Assembly: GCA_964510095.1 (NCBI GenBank)
Contig: CAZEAE010000001.1
Location: 232,551 to 296,550, forward strand
Length of the DNA stretch: 64,000 bases
Direction: 5' to 3'
Source of the DNA: an uncultured Elusimicrobia bacterium
GTDB lineage: Bacteria; Elusimicrobiota; Elusimicrobia; UBA1565; UBA9628
Shown here: one piece after another, positions 1-8,255 of the stretch
Numbering within the stretch: position 1 is the stretch's first letter
Layout of the letters: each line of letters starts with the position of its first letter
Notes under the pieces: model-generated
Databases searched by the model: none
What the model saw: the letters and a program-made list of their open reading frames with translations, nothing else
What the model was told of the DNA's origin: nothing
Program-made: the position numbers and the translations under genes

Positions 1-529
1 GAGGATATTGCTCCTGGCCGTGATGCTCTCCCCCTTGCCCGCCGCCGCGCAGACCCAGCCCGTATGGGATTCGCTCAAGCAAGGCTGCGGCTTCGACGGG
101 GCGGCTTGCTCGGCTCCGGTCGGGCCCGTGAAGGCCTCCGGCAGCCCGACCGACGACCTCATCCGCGAGACGATCGACGACAGCTCGGGCTTATCCGGAG
201 AGCTCCTTAGGAAGACTCGTGAAGGCGAGGCCCAGCTGCTCCAGCGCACGATCGACGAGTCTCCGACCTTGAAGAAGGCGTTCGAAGACGCTGACCGCAA
301 TCGCACGTGGAACGACTATTACCAGGACCGCAACATGGACGCCGCCGTCGCCTCCTGGGGCAGCAACATGAAGGCCGGCTACCTCAAGTGCACGGCCGCG
401 GCCTACGCCACCTACAAGACGGCGCCCCCCGTGGTCGCCGAGCTCGGCGGCGCCGTGCTGTGGGTCGCCGGAGCCGTCGCCGGCGTGGGCCTGGGCTTGC
501 TGGCCTCCGCTTTCACCGGACATTTCTGA
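1..529 (+). CDS. Hypothetical secreted protein, 5'-truncated by the window edge; its C-terminus has a hydrophobic Gly/Ala-rich segment
   Basis: The ORF runs to the window start in frame, and its first residues look like the end of a signal peptide (LLLAVMLSPLPAAAQ). I recognised no domain. Confidence 0.4.
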   Translation, partial: RILLLAVMLSPLPAAAQTQPVWDSLKQGCGFDGAACSAPVGPVKASGSPTDDLIRETIDDSSGLSGELLRKTREGEAQLLQRTIDESPTLKKAFEDADRNRTWNDYYQDRNMDAAVASWGSNMKAGYLKCTAAAYATYKTAPPVVAELGGAVLWVAGAVAGVGLGLLASAFTGHF

Positions 530-548
530 CTTCATAAAGGAGAAAAAC

Positions 549-1091
549 ATGATCATCAAGACGATCGTCGCCGCAAAACCGCTGCCGGCCTTGGCCCTGG
601 CGCTTTTCACCTCCGCGCCGAACCTCTCGGCGCCGATGGCCCCGACCCTGCTGTCGAGCCTCTCGCCGGACATGCCGGCGCTGACGGCCCCGCTCGTCGC
701 CCGGTCTCTCGACGCGGCCCAGATCCCCGACGTGCCGGGACGCGCGGTCTCGGCGGCGGCCGCCGTGCCCGCCTGGTTCGACGCCCGCGGGCTGTCGTTT
801 GAAAGGGTCAACAGAAGGGAGACGGGCTTCGCCTACGCGGTGCTCAGCCGCGGGCGCTATGAGCTGGGGGTCTTCATCGACGCCGACGGCCAGAGCCAGG
901 CGACCTTCACCAAGTTCTCAAGGAACCCCATGGGCACGCCCGAGGGCAGGGAAGAAATCAAGCTCCTGACGCCCGCCTCGCGCCAGGCCGTGGCCGACAT
1001 CCTGCGCCGGGCGCAGGAAGCCTCCCCCGTCACCGGCAAGGAAGAGGCCGCGCTCAACGGCATGCTCGCCGTGCTCGAGGCAAGCCTATGA
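549..1091 (+). CDS. Hypothetical secreted protein. Its C-terminal ~90 aa are paralogous to the C-terminus of the 2787..3818 product
   Basis: A strong RBS (AAGGAG) lies 7 nt upstream. It has an N-terminal signal peptide followed by a Pro/Ala/Leu-rich segment. The shared C-terminal motif is F..F...PMG.P...E...A...IL.RAQ...PV.GK. Confidence 0.55.
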   Translation: MIIKTIVAAKPLPALALALFTSAPNLSAPMAPTLLSSLSPDMPALTAPLVARSLDAAQIPDVPGRAVSAAAAVPAWFDARGLSFERVNRRETGFAYAVLSRGRYELGVFIDADGQSQATFTKFSRNPMGTPEGREEIKLLTPASRQAVADILRRAQEASPVTGKEEAALNGMLAVLEASL

Positions 1092-1606
1092 AAGGAATGA
1101 CCAGCGTCAAATCCATCATCGTTTCCGCATATGTCTTGTCCGCGGCCCCCGCAAGCTTCGCCGCGCAAGGGACGATTATGGCGAACACTCTCGTCGACCG
1201 CCTTCAAGCGACGGCAGATGGCGGGCCGAACGCCGGTCCCAGCCTTTTCGACGGCACCTCCTCGCGGGGAGACGCTTCCACGATGCCGACCGCCGCTCCC
1301 CAGACCATGGCCTATCGCCACGAACTGGGCGCGCCGCGCGCTACCCGCGTCAATCATATGCACAAGCCCGGCGAGAGACCGGACGGCAGGGTTGTCCCCC
1401 GGGGCAGGAGCTCACTTGAGCGCGGATATGCCTGGACGATGCATCCAGCCACGGAGCTGCTCGACTCCGACAATGCCGGTCTCAAGATCGCGGGATTCAT
1501 CCTGGGCGTCGTGTTGGTCATCCCGGCCGTCATACTCGCCGTGTTAAATAACATCGCCAGCAACTCGCGGCTCACCAAAGGCACGTCTTGGCATCGGCAC
1601 GACTGA
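1088..1606 (+). CDS. Hypothetical protein with a signal peptide and a C-terminal transmembrane helix
   Basis: ATGA overlap with the upstream gene; hydrophobic C-terminus GFILGVVLVIPAVILAVL. Confidence 0.45.
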   Translation: MKGMTSVKSIIVSAYVLSAAPASFAAQGTIMANTLVDRLQATADGGPNAGPSLFDGTSSRGDASTMPTAAPQTMAYRHELGAPRATRVNHMHKPGERPDGRVVPRGRSSLERGYAWTMHPATELLDSDNAGLKIAGFILGVVLVIPAVILAVLNNIASNSRLTKGTSWHRHD

Positions 1607-1743
1607 GCCGAACCCCTACCGATGGTTACCAAAAGTTCACCAAATCAGGCCCCTGCGGCGATTTGCGCTTGTAGACCATTCACCGTCGCCGGCGCGGCCC
1701 AAGGACACCTGAGCCGGCACCGTGACGCGGCTATACTAAAAAC

Positions 1744-2244
1744 ATGAGAAACCTACTCCTGATCGTGATGTTCGTCTCGACCTCAGCCGCGGCGCAGGAA
1801 TTCTCCTTCGACGCGGAGGCCATGGGCAAGATCCTCGCCGGGACGCAGGCGCTCAAGGTGAAGCACCAGGGTCGGCCTCTTCCGCCGATGGTGTCTGATT
1901 ACGAAACGCGGCACATCAGCTTCAAGCTGATAAGCAACGGTTCCGGACGGGATGACGGCGGCGTCTACGTCAATAAGGCGATCCAAATCTATCATACAGA
2001 GTCGCTCCTCGCCACGCTTTATCTCAACGACGATCCCCGCGGCTGGGCCGCCGCCAAGAAGCTGCTGCAGGCCTTCGAGGACCGCCGCCGCGACGCCATG
2101 AACCAGAAGCGCCGCCTCGTCATCGACTATGACGCGATCTCTCGCCAGAACAAGGCCGGCGCATGGGCTATGGCTTGGAATCCGAATGAGTGCGAAAACT
2201 TCGACGAAATCATCCGGCTCGGGATCGTGCACGCCGGTCATTAA
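1744..2244 (+). CDS. Hypothetical secreted protein; N-terminal paralog of the 2262..2771 product
   Basis: Signal peptide; the shared N-terminal motif is AAQEF....ILA.TQALK. Confidence 0.5.
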   Translation: MRNLLLIVMFVSTSAAAQEFSFDAEAMGKILAGTQALKVKHQGRPLPPMVSDYETRHISFKLISNGSGRDDGGVYVNKAIQIYHTESLLATLYLNDDPRGWAAAKKLLQAFEDRRRDAMNQKRRLVIDYDAISRQNKAGAWAMAWNPNECENFDEIIRLGIVHAGH

Positions 2245-2261
2245 ACAGGAGACCCATACAC

Positions 2262-2771
2262 ATGAAAAACATGCTGCTCGTCATGATGCTCGTCGCCGCT
2301 CCCGCCGCCGGCCAGGAATTCGCCGCCGAGATGCCCTTCGTGGCCGACATCCTCGCCAAGACTCAGGCCCTCAAGACCCCGCCGGCCGCTTCGGGCCGCT
2401 CAAACATGATGCTCGCGAGTTCCGGCGACAGGCGAGCCGATATCCTCGCCGAGATCGAGACGCTGAAGGTGAAATACCAGAAACATGAGAAGGATACGAC
2501 GCGGTCGGGGATTTACGCGCTCGAGATCAGCCGCTTGTACATGGTCCTCGCAACCACCTACCCTTTGGGCACCGCCGCCACGTCATCGCCGGCGCAAGGG
2601 GCCTCGCTTGTGAGTTTCAGCGACAGGCGCGTCGAGATCCTCGCCGAAATCGAGAGCCTGAAGGAGAAATATCAGAAATACCGGAACGACCCGACGCGGT
2701 CCGGGATTTACGCGATCGAGCTGAGCCGCCTGTACATGGCGCTCGCAAATCACGCGGACAGGCGCATATAA
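2262..2771 (+). CDS. Hypothetical secreted protein with an internal ~48-aa tandem duplication
   Basis: An RBS (AGGAG) lies 11 nt upstream. The repeat DRR.(D/E)ILAEIE.LK.KYQK...D.TRSGIYA.E.SRLYM.LA occurs twice. Confidence 0.5.
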   Translation: MKNMLLVMMLVAAPAAGQEFAAEMPFVADILAKTQALKTPPAASGRSNMMLASSGDRRADILAEIETLKVKYQKHEKDTTRSGIYALEISRLYMVLATTYPLGTAATSSPAQGASLVSFSDRRVEILAEIESLKEKYQKYRNDPTRSGIYAIELSRLYMALANHADRRI

Positions 2772-2786
2772 CACGAGAGCGACCCC

Positions 2787-3818
2787 ATGAAAAAACTACT
2801 TCTCGCCGTGATTTTCACCGCCTCACCTGCCGCCGCCGCTCAGACCACATTGCGCGCGCCCATCTCGGGCCCCAACGTGATCCCCGGCCTCGGAGCCTCC
2901 CTCGGCGGCGCCCGTTCCGCCGCGACGCCGATGCCGACAATGATAGTGCCCACGTTGTCGCCAGGCATGCAGGCGCCGGCGCTATCCGCGCTCGCGCTTA
3001 CGCCAACCCCCGCGCTGGCGGTCGACATCTTCCCCGCGGCCGCCCAGACGACCGAGAGCTCCCCCCTCGGCGTGATAGGCGACGCCTCCGCCGACGAGGC
3101 TCAGAAGACCGCCGCGCTCGACAGGCTCTTCGACAACTCCGCGCCCGCCGTCATGGACCACCATGTCGACGCCGCGGCCCCTACCCTCATGGGCGGCTCC
3201 GCCGGGAAAATAGGGCCATTCCCGGCGACGGAGTACACAAGCCTCAAGGCAGCCATCAAGGCACGCGGCGTCAAAGCGGGGCTTGCGCTGCAGGCAAGTC
3301 GGACCAAAAGAGAAGGACGCTATTGGTTTACCGTCAACATACGGGGCACTAGCGACGATTTCAAGAAAATCGAGGATCTCTTTGAAAAGGATTCCAAGGG
3401 CTGGAGCTATGCGGGGATTCCCACCGACATCCAGCTTCGCGGGACTCCGGTCGACCTTGCGGCGCTCGCTGCGCAACGCCAGAATGAATTCGCGCAGGCG
3501 CCCGCCTGGTTCGACGTCTCCAAGCTGAAGCTCGACGCGGTCATAAAATCCGGAGCCGGCGGGATCGCGGTCCTCCGCTACGGATGGAGAAGCCAGTACG
3601 AGATGACCGTCTTCGCCTTCCCGGGCGGCGAAAGCATTTCGTTCAAGGAATACCCAGCCAGCCCCATGGGCAACCCCAAGCAGTCCTTCGACGCGACGCT
3701 GGAAACGGCGGCGGCGCGAAAGGCGGCGGCGCAGATCCTGCGCGCCGCGCAAGCGCGCAACCCCGTCAGCGGAAAGGACAAGACCACGCTCGATCAGATT
3801 CTTGCTTTTCTCGAGTGA
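2787..3818 (+). CDS. Hypothetical secreted protein; C-terminal domain paralogous to the 549..1091 product
   Basis: Signal peptide, a Pro/Ala/Leu-rich linker, and a conserved C-terminal block (PMGNPKQSFDATLETAAARKAAAQILRAAQARNPVSGKDKTTLDQIL). Confidence 0.55.
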   Translation: MKKLLLAVIFTASPAAAAQTTLRAPISGPNVIPGLGASLGGARSAATPMPTMIVPTLSPGMQAPALSALALTPTPALAVDIFPAAAQTTESSPLGVIGDASADEAQKTAALDRLFDNSAPAVMDHHVDAAAPTLMGGSAGKIGPFPATEYTSLKAAIKARGVKAGLALQASRTKREGRYWFTVNIRGTSDDFKKIEDLFEKDSKGWSYAGIPTDIQLRGTPVDLAALAAQRQNEFAQAPAWFDVSKLKLDAVIKSGAGGIAVLRYGWRSQYEMTVFAFPGGESISFKEYPASPMGNPKQSFDATLETAAARKAAAQILRAAQARNPVSGKDKTTLDQILAFLE

Positions 3819-3904
3819 GCCCGATGTGAAGCGGATGATTCGCGCTGTCTGCGGTCCTTGACACGCCCGACCGGACCGGCTACAGTCATACCGTTCGGTA
3901 TGAA

Positions 3905-4420
3905 ATGATGAAAGAGAAAATGGACCGATTCGAGCTGTCGGTGCAGGAATGGCTGGGCACACCCTGGATACCCAGGCCCGTCAATCTATGCCTGGTGTTC
4001 CAGGTTAATTGCCCGGGTTGTTTCATCCTTTCCCTGCCTCAGCTCGAGCGGCTTCAGCGCGAGTGGGCGCCACGCGGCGTCGGATTCTTCGGCCTGTCCA
4101 CGGCCTTCGAAGACTTCGAGCTCAACGCGCCGGAACACACACACGGGCTTTTCCACAAAAGGAAGGTCGTCGGCGAGACCGCGAAGGCTCTGCTACGGGA
4201 GAACATCGACCCGGCCGCGCTCGAGATCAACTTCCCCGTCGGCATCGACCGGCGTTTACCCGACGGGCGAGGCGAGACCTTCGCCCGCCACAAACTGCCG
4301 GGTACGCCGACCTGGCTGATACTCGATGAAGAGCAACATATATTGACCGGCTGGTTTGGACACGAGGACGACGAGGCCGTAGCCCATCGCCTCGAGAGCT
4401 TGAGCCGCAAAGAAGACTAA
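3905..4420 (+). CDS. Thioredoxin-fold protein with a CPGC motif (redoxin / TlpA-like thiol-disulfide oxidoreductase)
   Basis: A CPGC dithiol motif near the N-terminus, with flanking sequence typical of the AhpC/TSA-redoxin fold. Confidence 0.45.
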   Translation: MMKEKMDRFELSVQEWLGTPWIPRPVNLCLVFQVNCPGCFILSLPQLERLQREWAPRGVGFFGLSTAFEDFELNAPEHTHGLFHKRKVVGETAKALLRENIDPAALEINFPVGIDRRLPDGRGETFARHKLPGTPTWLILDEEQHILTGWFGHEDDEAVAHRLESLSRKED

Positions 4421-4438
4421 GTATTGTAGAATCCGGGC

Positions 4439-5284
4439 ATGGCGCTTTTCTCCAAATCGCTCGCCCTGCTCCGGCTCGAGGCGGGATTCATGACGCCGTA
4501 CGCCTTCTACCACCGCAACGGCGGCCGCCACGTTTTCCCGTTCACCTTCGCCTACTACCTCAAGCTCGAGCGCGGCCAGCACCTGCCCCGGCCCGAGTGG
4601 CTGCCGATCCTGCTGAGCCTCCTGCGCATCCCTCCCAGCGACGCGCTGTACCAGCGCTTCGTCACCGACTACCTGCGCGATCATTTCGGCACCGAGGAGA
4701 ACTATCAATCTCTGCTCGCCCCGCTGCTGATCCCGAAGCACGATAAGAACGACAAGCAGCAGGCGACCAAACGCCTGCTCAGCGAGCAGGCCTACCACAT
4801 CACCCCGGCGCAGTATAAAACCATCGTCGGCGACGCCGCGACCTACTGGGCTTTCGAGTGCCTGGTCAACGATCGCGGCGTCTTCAGCTCCGCCGAACTG
4901 TCCGACATCACCGGGCTGCCAAAGGCCGCGCTCGAGGCGGGGCTTAAAAAACTCGCCGCGCAGAAGCTCGTCCGCCGCGCGTCGGCCGGAAAATTCAAAA
5001 GCCCCTTAGCCGGCAAGTTCTACATGTTCCCCAAAACCTTCCCGGGAATCGAGGCCTACCGGAAAAAGCTCGCCAAGCTCATCGCGGAGATGGTCGCCCG
5101 CCGGGGCGCCATCACGCACGAGTCGGGCGTCATGATCCGCGCCGAGGAGGGCTCCGTGCTGCGCTCGATCGCCGCCATGCGCGACGCGCTCGAGGCCTCG
5201 ACGGCCTACTCCGTGTACGAGAGGGCAGAAGGCAGCGGCGTCTTCCTCCTGCAGATCCGCGCGCGCAAAGTCTTCGACTTCTAA
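4439..5284 (+). CDS. Hypothetical protein
   Basis: A 281-aa ORF with coding-like composition and no recognisable domain. Confidence 0.4.
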   Translation: MALFSKSLALLRLEAGFMTPYAFYHRNGGRHVFPFTFAYYLKLERGQHLPRPEWLPILLSLLRIPPSDALYQRFVTDYLRDHFGTEENYQSLLAPLLIPKHDKNDKQQATKRLLSEQAYHITPAQYKTIVGDAATYWAFECLVNDRGVFSSAELSDITGLPKAALEAGLKKLAAQKLVRRASAGKFKSPLAGKFYMFPKTFPGIEAYRKKLAKLIAEMVARRGAITHESGVMIRAEEGSVLRSIAAMRDALEASTAYSVYERAEGSGVFLLQIRARKVFDF

Positions 5285-5495
5285 GCACCGCCAGCACAGC
5301 CTTCCGTGCGGCATCCTGATCCACACGCGCTGATTACTCGCGGTGAACTAAAACCGCGCCATTACCGCTTCATCCCGAATAGACCCATTGCCGCCCGGCT
5401 GGTTCCCCTCCGCCTCAGGCCCGCACGCCCGCACGTCACTATACTATGGGGGACCGTGCTCGATGAGATACTCGCTTTCCTACAAGGAGCTTAAC

Positions 5496-6812
5496 ATGAA
5501 GAAAACGATTCCCTTAGCCGTCCTCATCGCATGCGCCGCCGAGCTGGCGGTGCCCCGCAGCCTCCAAGCGCAGGAGCTAGACACTGAGATGAAGGCCGCC
5601 CGTGATCTCGTCGGCGACGCCAGGCCCCGGCTGATGTCGCATAAGAACGGCATCCTCCAGCAGATCAACGACGCGCTGGCCCATCTGACGGCGGAGTCCA
5701 AGCCCTCGGTGGCGATGGTGCGCACGGCGAAGGGCTCGGGGACGGGGTTCGTAGTGGACGCCTCAGGCCTGATGCTGACCAACGCGCACGTGGTGCTGGA
5801 AGCCGGCCTCAACGCGAAGGTCAAGGTGGTCTTCGCAGGAGGCAGCCAATACGTGGGCACGGTGGTAGCGCTGGGCTCGATGGGGACCGAGCAGGACCCG
5901 TTCTCGGGACGCGATCTGGCCATCATACGCCTGCCGGCCAAATCTGGAGGCTGGCCGGCCTTGGCCCTGGGCGACGCGGCCAAGCTGCGCGAAGGCGACA
6001 TGGTGGCGATGATGGGCTATCCATTGGGGCTTCCCTTCACCTTGACGCAGGGCGTGGTCAGCGGCCTGGGCAGACGGGAAGGGGGCATCAAAGGCTTTCC
6101 CGTGAAATTCGTGCAGAGCGACGCGGCGATCAACCCGGGGAACTCCGGGGGGCCGCTGGTGTCGATGGATGGGCTGGTGGTGGGGGTCAATACGCTGTCC
6201 TTCTCGCCCAACGGAGGCTCCGACGGCATCGGCTTCTCGGTAGGAGCCGACGCGGTGAAGGGCTTCTTGGCGGAGTACAAGAGACGGGGCGCCTTCAGCG
6301 ACGGCTTACGAGCCGCGGGCATCGTCCGGAGCCAAGGCGCCTTGATGAAGCCCGCGTCCTGCCCGGCGCAAGAGACGCTGTCCCGGCCCTGGGTGGAGCA
6401 TGCGGGACCCGTTCCACAGGCGGCGCTTGACGCTCACCTGGGCGCGAAGCTTGACGGGGCGGCGCCGGTGCTGCTGCCGGTCAACACGGTATCGTGGTGG
6501 ATCGGAGCGTCTCGCCGCGGGCGGGGCGACGCCCCAGACTGCTTCGTCCTGGGCAGCGCGGGCCTTTACGTCAACGGGCCGGAGGACGCCCCCGCGGTGG
6601 ATTTCGTGAAGGTGGTGGGCTCGGGCGCCGAAGCCGGCTTGCGTTCGTCCTTGATCGAATTGCGGTGGTATGATGAAAAGGACGGCCGCAAGCACCGCTG
6701 GTTCGACACGGCCCTGGCCCGGCGCCTGGGGTGGGACGTCGACGGCCGCGGCGCGCCGACGGACATGCCCCGACCGATCCCGCTGCCCGCCGCGAGCAAC
6801 GCGCTGCTATAG
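5496..6812 (+). CDS. Secreted trypsin-like (S1 family, HtrA/DegP-like catalytic domain) serine protease with a ~170-aa C-terminal extension
   Basis: An RBS (AAGGAG) lies 7 nt upstream and the protein has a signal peptide. The catalytic motifs are TNAHVV (His), DLAIIRL (Asp) and GNSGGPL (Ser). Confidence 0.75.
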   Translation: MKKTIPLAVLIACAAELAVPRSLQAQELDTEMKAARDLVGDARPRLMSHKNGILQQINDALAHLTAESKPSVAMVRTAKGSGTGFVVDASGLMLTNAHVVLEAGLNAKVKVVFAGGSQYVGTVVALGSMGTEQDPFSGRDLAIIRLPAKSGGWPALALGDAAKLREGDMVAMMGYPLGLPFTLTQGVVSGLGRREGGIKGFPVKFVQSDAAINPGNSGGPLVSMDGLVVGVNTLSFSPNGGSDGIGFSVGADAVKGFLAEYKRRGAFSDGLRAAGIVRSQGALMKPASCPAQETLSRPWVEHAGPVPQAALDAHLGAKLDGAAPVLLPVNTVSWWIGASRRGRGDAPDCFVLGSAGLYVNGPEDAPAVDFVKVVGSGAEAGLRSSLIELRWYDEKDGRKHRWFDTALARRLGWDVDGRGAPTDMPRPIPLPAASNALL

Positions 6813-6818
6813 CCGACG

Positions 6819-8255
6819 CTATCGCTTGATCTTGCGCTCGGTCTGCTCGATGAGCTGGCGCGTCCTCAAAGACGGGCTCACCTCGAAGGCTTTCTTGAAG
6901 AATTTAAGCGCGTAAGGCGCGTCGCCCTCGGCCAAAAGGCACTGGCCCAGGCCGACGTAAGCGTCGGCCACGTTCAGGTCGCTGAGCCCGAGTGAGCCCG
7001 CCAGCTTCAGGCCTTCCGTGTAGAAGCCTTTCGCCTTGCGCACGTCGCGCTCGGCAAGCGCGATGGTTCCCTGGCGCTCGTAATACAGCACGCGCCGGCG
7101 GTCTTCGGGCGCCAGCATCGCCTCGGCCAGCTCCAGCTCCGCGCGCGCGTCCGCGAACTGCTTCGCGTCGATCAGGCGCCGGGCCTTGGCGAAATGGCCC
7201 TCGGCGGTCTCTTCACCCTTGACCGGCTTGGCCTCCTTGGGCACATAAGCCTCCGTCCTCGTCCCCCAATCCACCTTCGGGGGAGGCTCGCGCCGAGGCT
7301 CGACTTTTTCCGGGATCGGCGCGTCTTCCTCGGGCGAAGGCTCATGGCCATCGTCGTGGCCGCCCCAGCGGAACGTGACGCTGGCGCGATGCGTCAGCCC
7401 CAGGTCCCCGTAGGGAGCGAAGGCGTAGTCGATCGAGAAAGACCGCCAGCCCCAGCCCACGCCGCCGGTGATGCCGATATCGGTGTCATTGGCCCCATTG
7501 AAGCCCAGACGCATCGTCATGGGCTTGAGCAGGACGACTTCCACGCCCGCATGCGCCTTCAAGCGGTCGGTGCGCCCCTTGGTCAGGTCGACGGCCACCG
7601 TCGCGCTGTCGAAGGCGTACGCCGCGCCGACCCGGCCGCTCAACGGCAGCTTCTCCTTGTCCCGGATGAAGCGCACGTCAGGCCCCACGTTCTGGATCGC
7701 CGCGCCCAGGGTGAAGCGCGGCGCCGGCGGCACCGTAAGCATCACGCCCGCGTCGCCGGCGAAGGCCGAGGCTTTCACGTTGTCGTTGGTCTCCTGGATG
7801 AACTTCCCGGCCACGCCCAGGCTGAGCGCTCCGAAGAACGTATGGCCATAACCCGCCGCCACGGCCAGGTCGTCGACACGGAACTTGCCCAGCGCGCCGT
7901 CCTTGGAGGCGTAGGTCGTCCGGGGGATGTTGCCGAAGCTCAGGTAGTTGAGGTTGAGCCCCAGGCCCTGCCTCAACGCCAGCCCCATGTACTCGTGGTT
8001 GATGCCCTCCACGTAGGAGTTATGCATCATGGTGACCTCATGCCGGGTGACCCGGCCCAAGCCGGCCGGGTTGTAGAGCAGCGCGTTGGCGTCCGTCGCC
8101 AAGGCCGTGTAGGCGCCGCCCAAGCCGACCGCCCGGGCGTTGCCGTCCAGGAACAGGAAGTCGAAGGGCTCGGCCCCGGCCGAGGCCGCGCCGTGAGCCC
8201 AGCCGGCGGAGCCGGCTGCCCACAGACCGAGCCAAAGGGCCAGTGTCTTCTTCAT
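6819..8255 (-). CDS. Outer-membrane beta-barrel of the FadL/TodX/PorV superfamily, fused to a C-terminal TPR domain
   Basis: A signal peptide is followed by the motif GLGGAYTALATDANALLYNPAGLG, which matches the FadL/PorV N-terminal signature G.G.A...A.DA....NPA.L. The barrel ends in an aromatic residue (FRW). The last ~140 aa hold TPR-like repeats. The ATG overlaps the stop codon of the giant gene (ATGA). Confidence 0.65.
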   Translation of the reverse strand: MKKTLALWLGLWAAGSAGWAHGAASAGAEPFDFLFLDGNARAVGLGGAYTALATDANALLYNPAGLGRVTRHEVTMMHNSYVEGINHEYMGLALRQGLGLNLNYLSFGNIPRTTYASKDGALGKFRVDDLAVAAGYGHTFFGALSLGVAGKFIQETNDNVKASAFAGDAGVMLTVPPAPRFTLGAAIQNVGPDVRFIRDKEKLPLSGRVGAAYAFDSATVAVDLTKGRTDRLKAHAGVEVVLLKPMTMRLGFNGANDTDIGITGGVGWGWRSFSIDYAFAPYGDLGLTHRASVTFRWGGHDDGHEPSPEEDAPIPEKVEPRREPPPKVDWGTRTEAYVPKEAKPVKGEETAEGHFAKARRLIDAKQFADARAELELAEAMLAPEDRRRVLYYERQGTIALAERDVRKAKGFYTEGLKLAGSLGLSDLNVADAYVGLGQCLLAEGDAPYALKFFKKAFEVSPSLRTRQLIEQTERKIKR

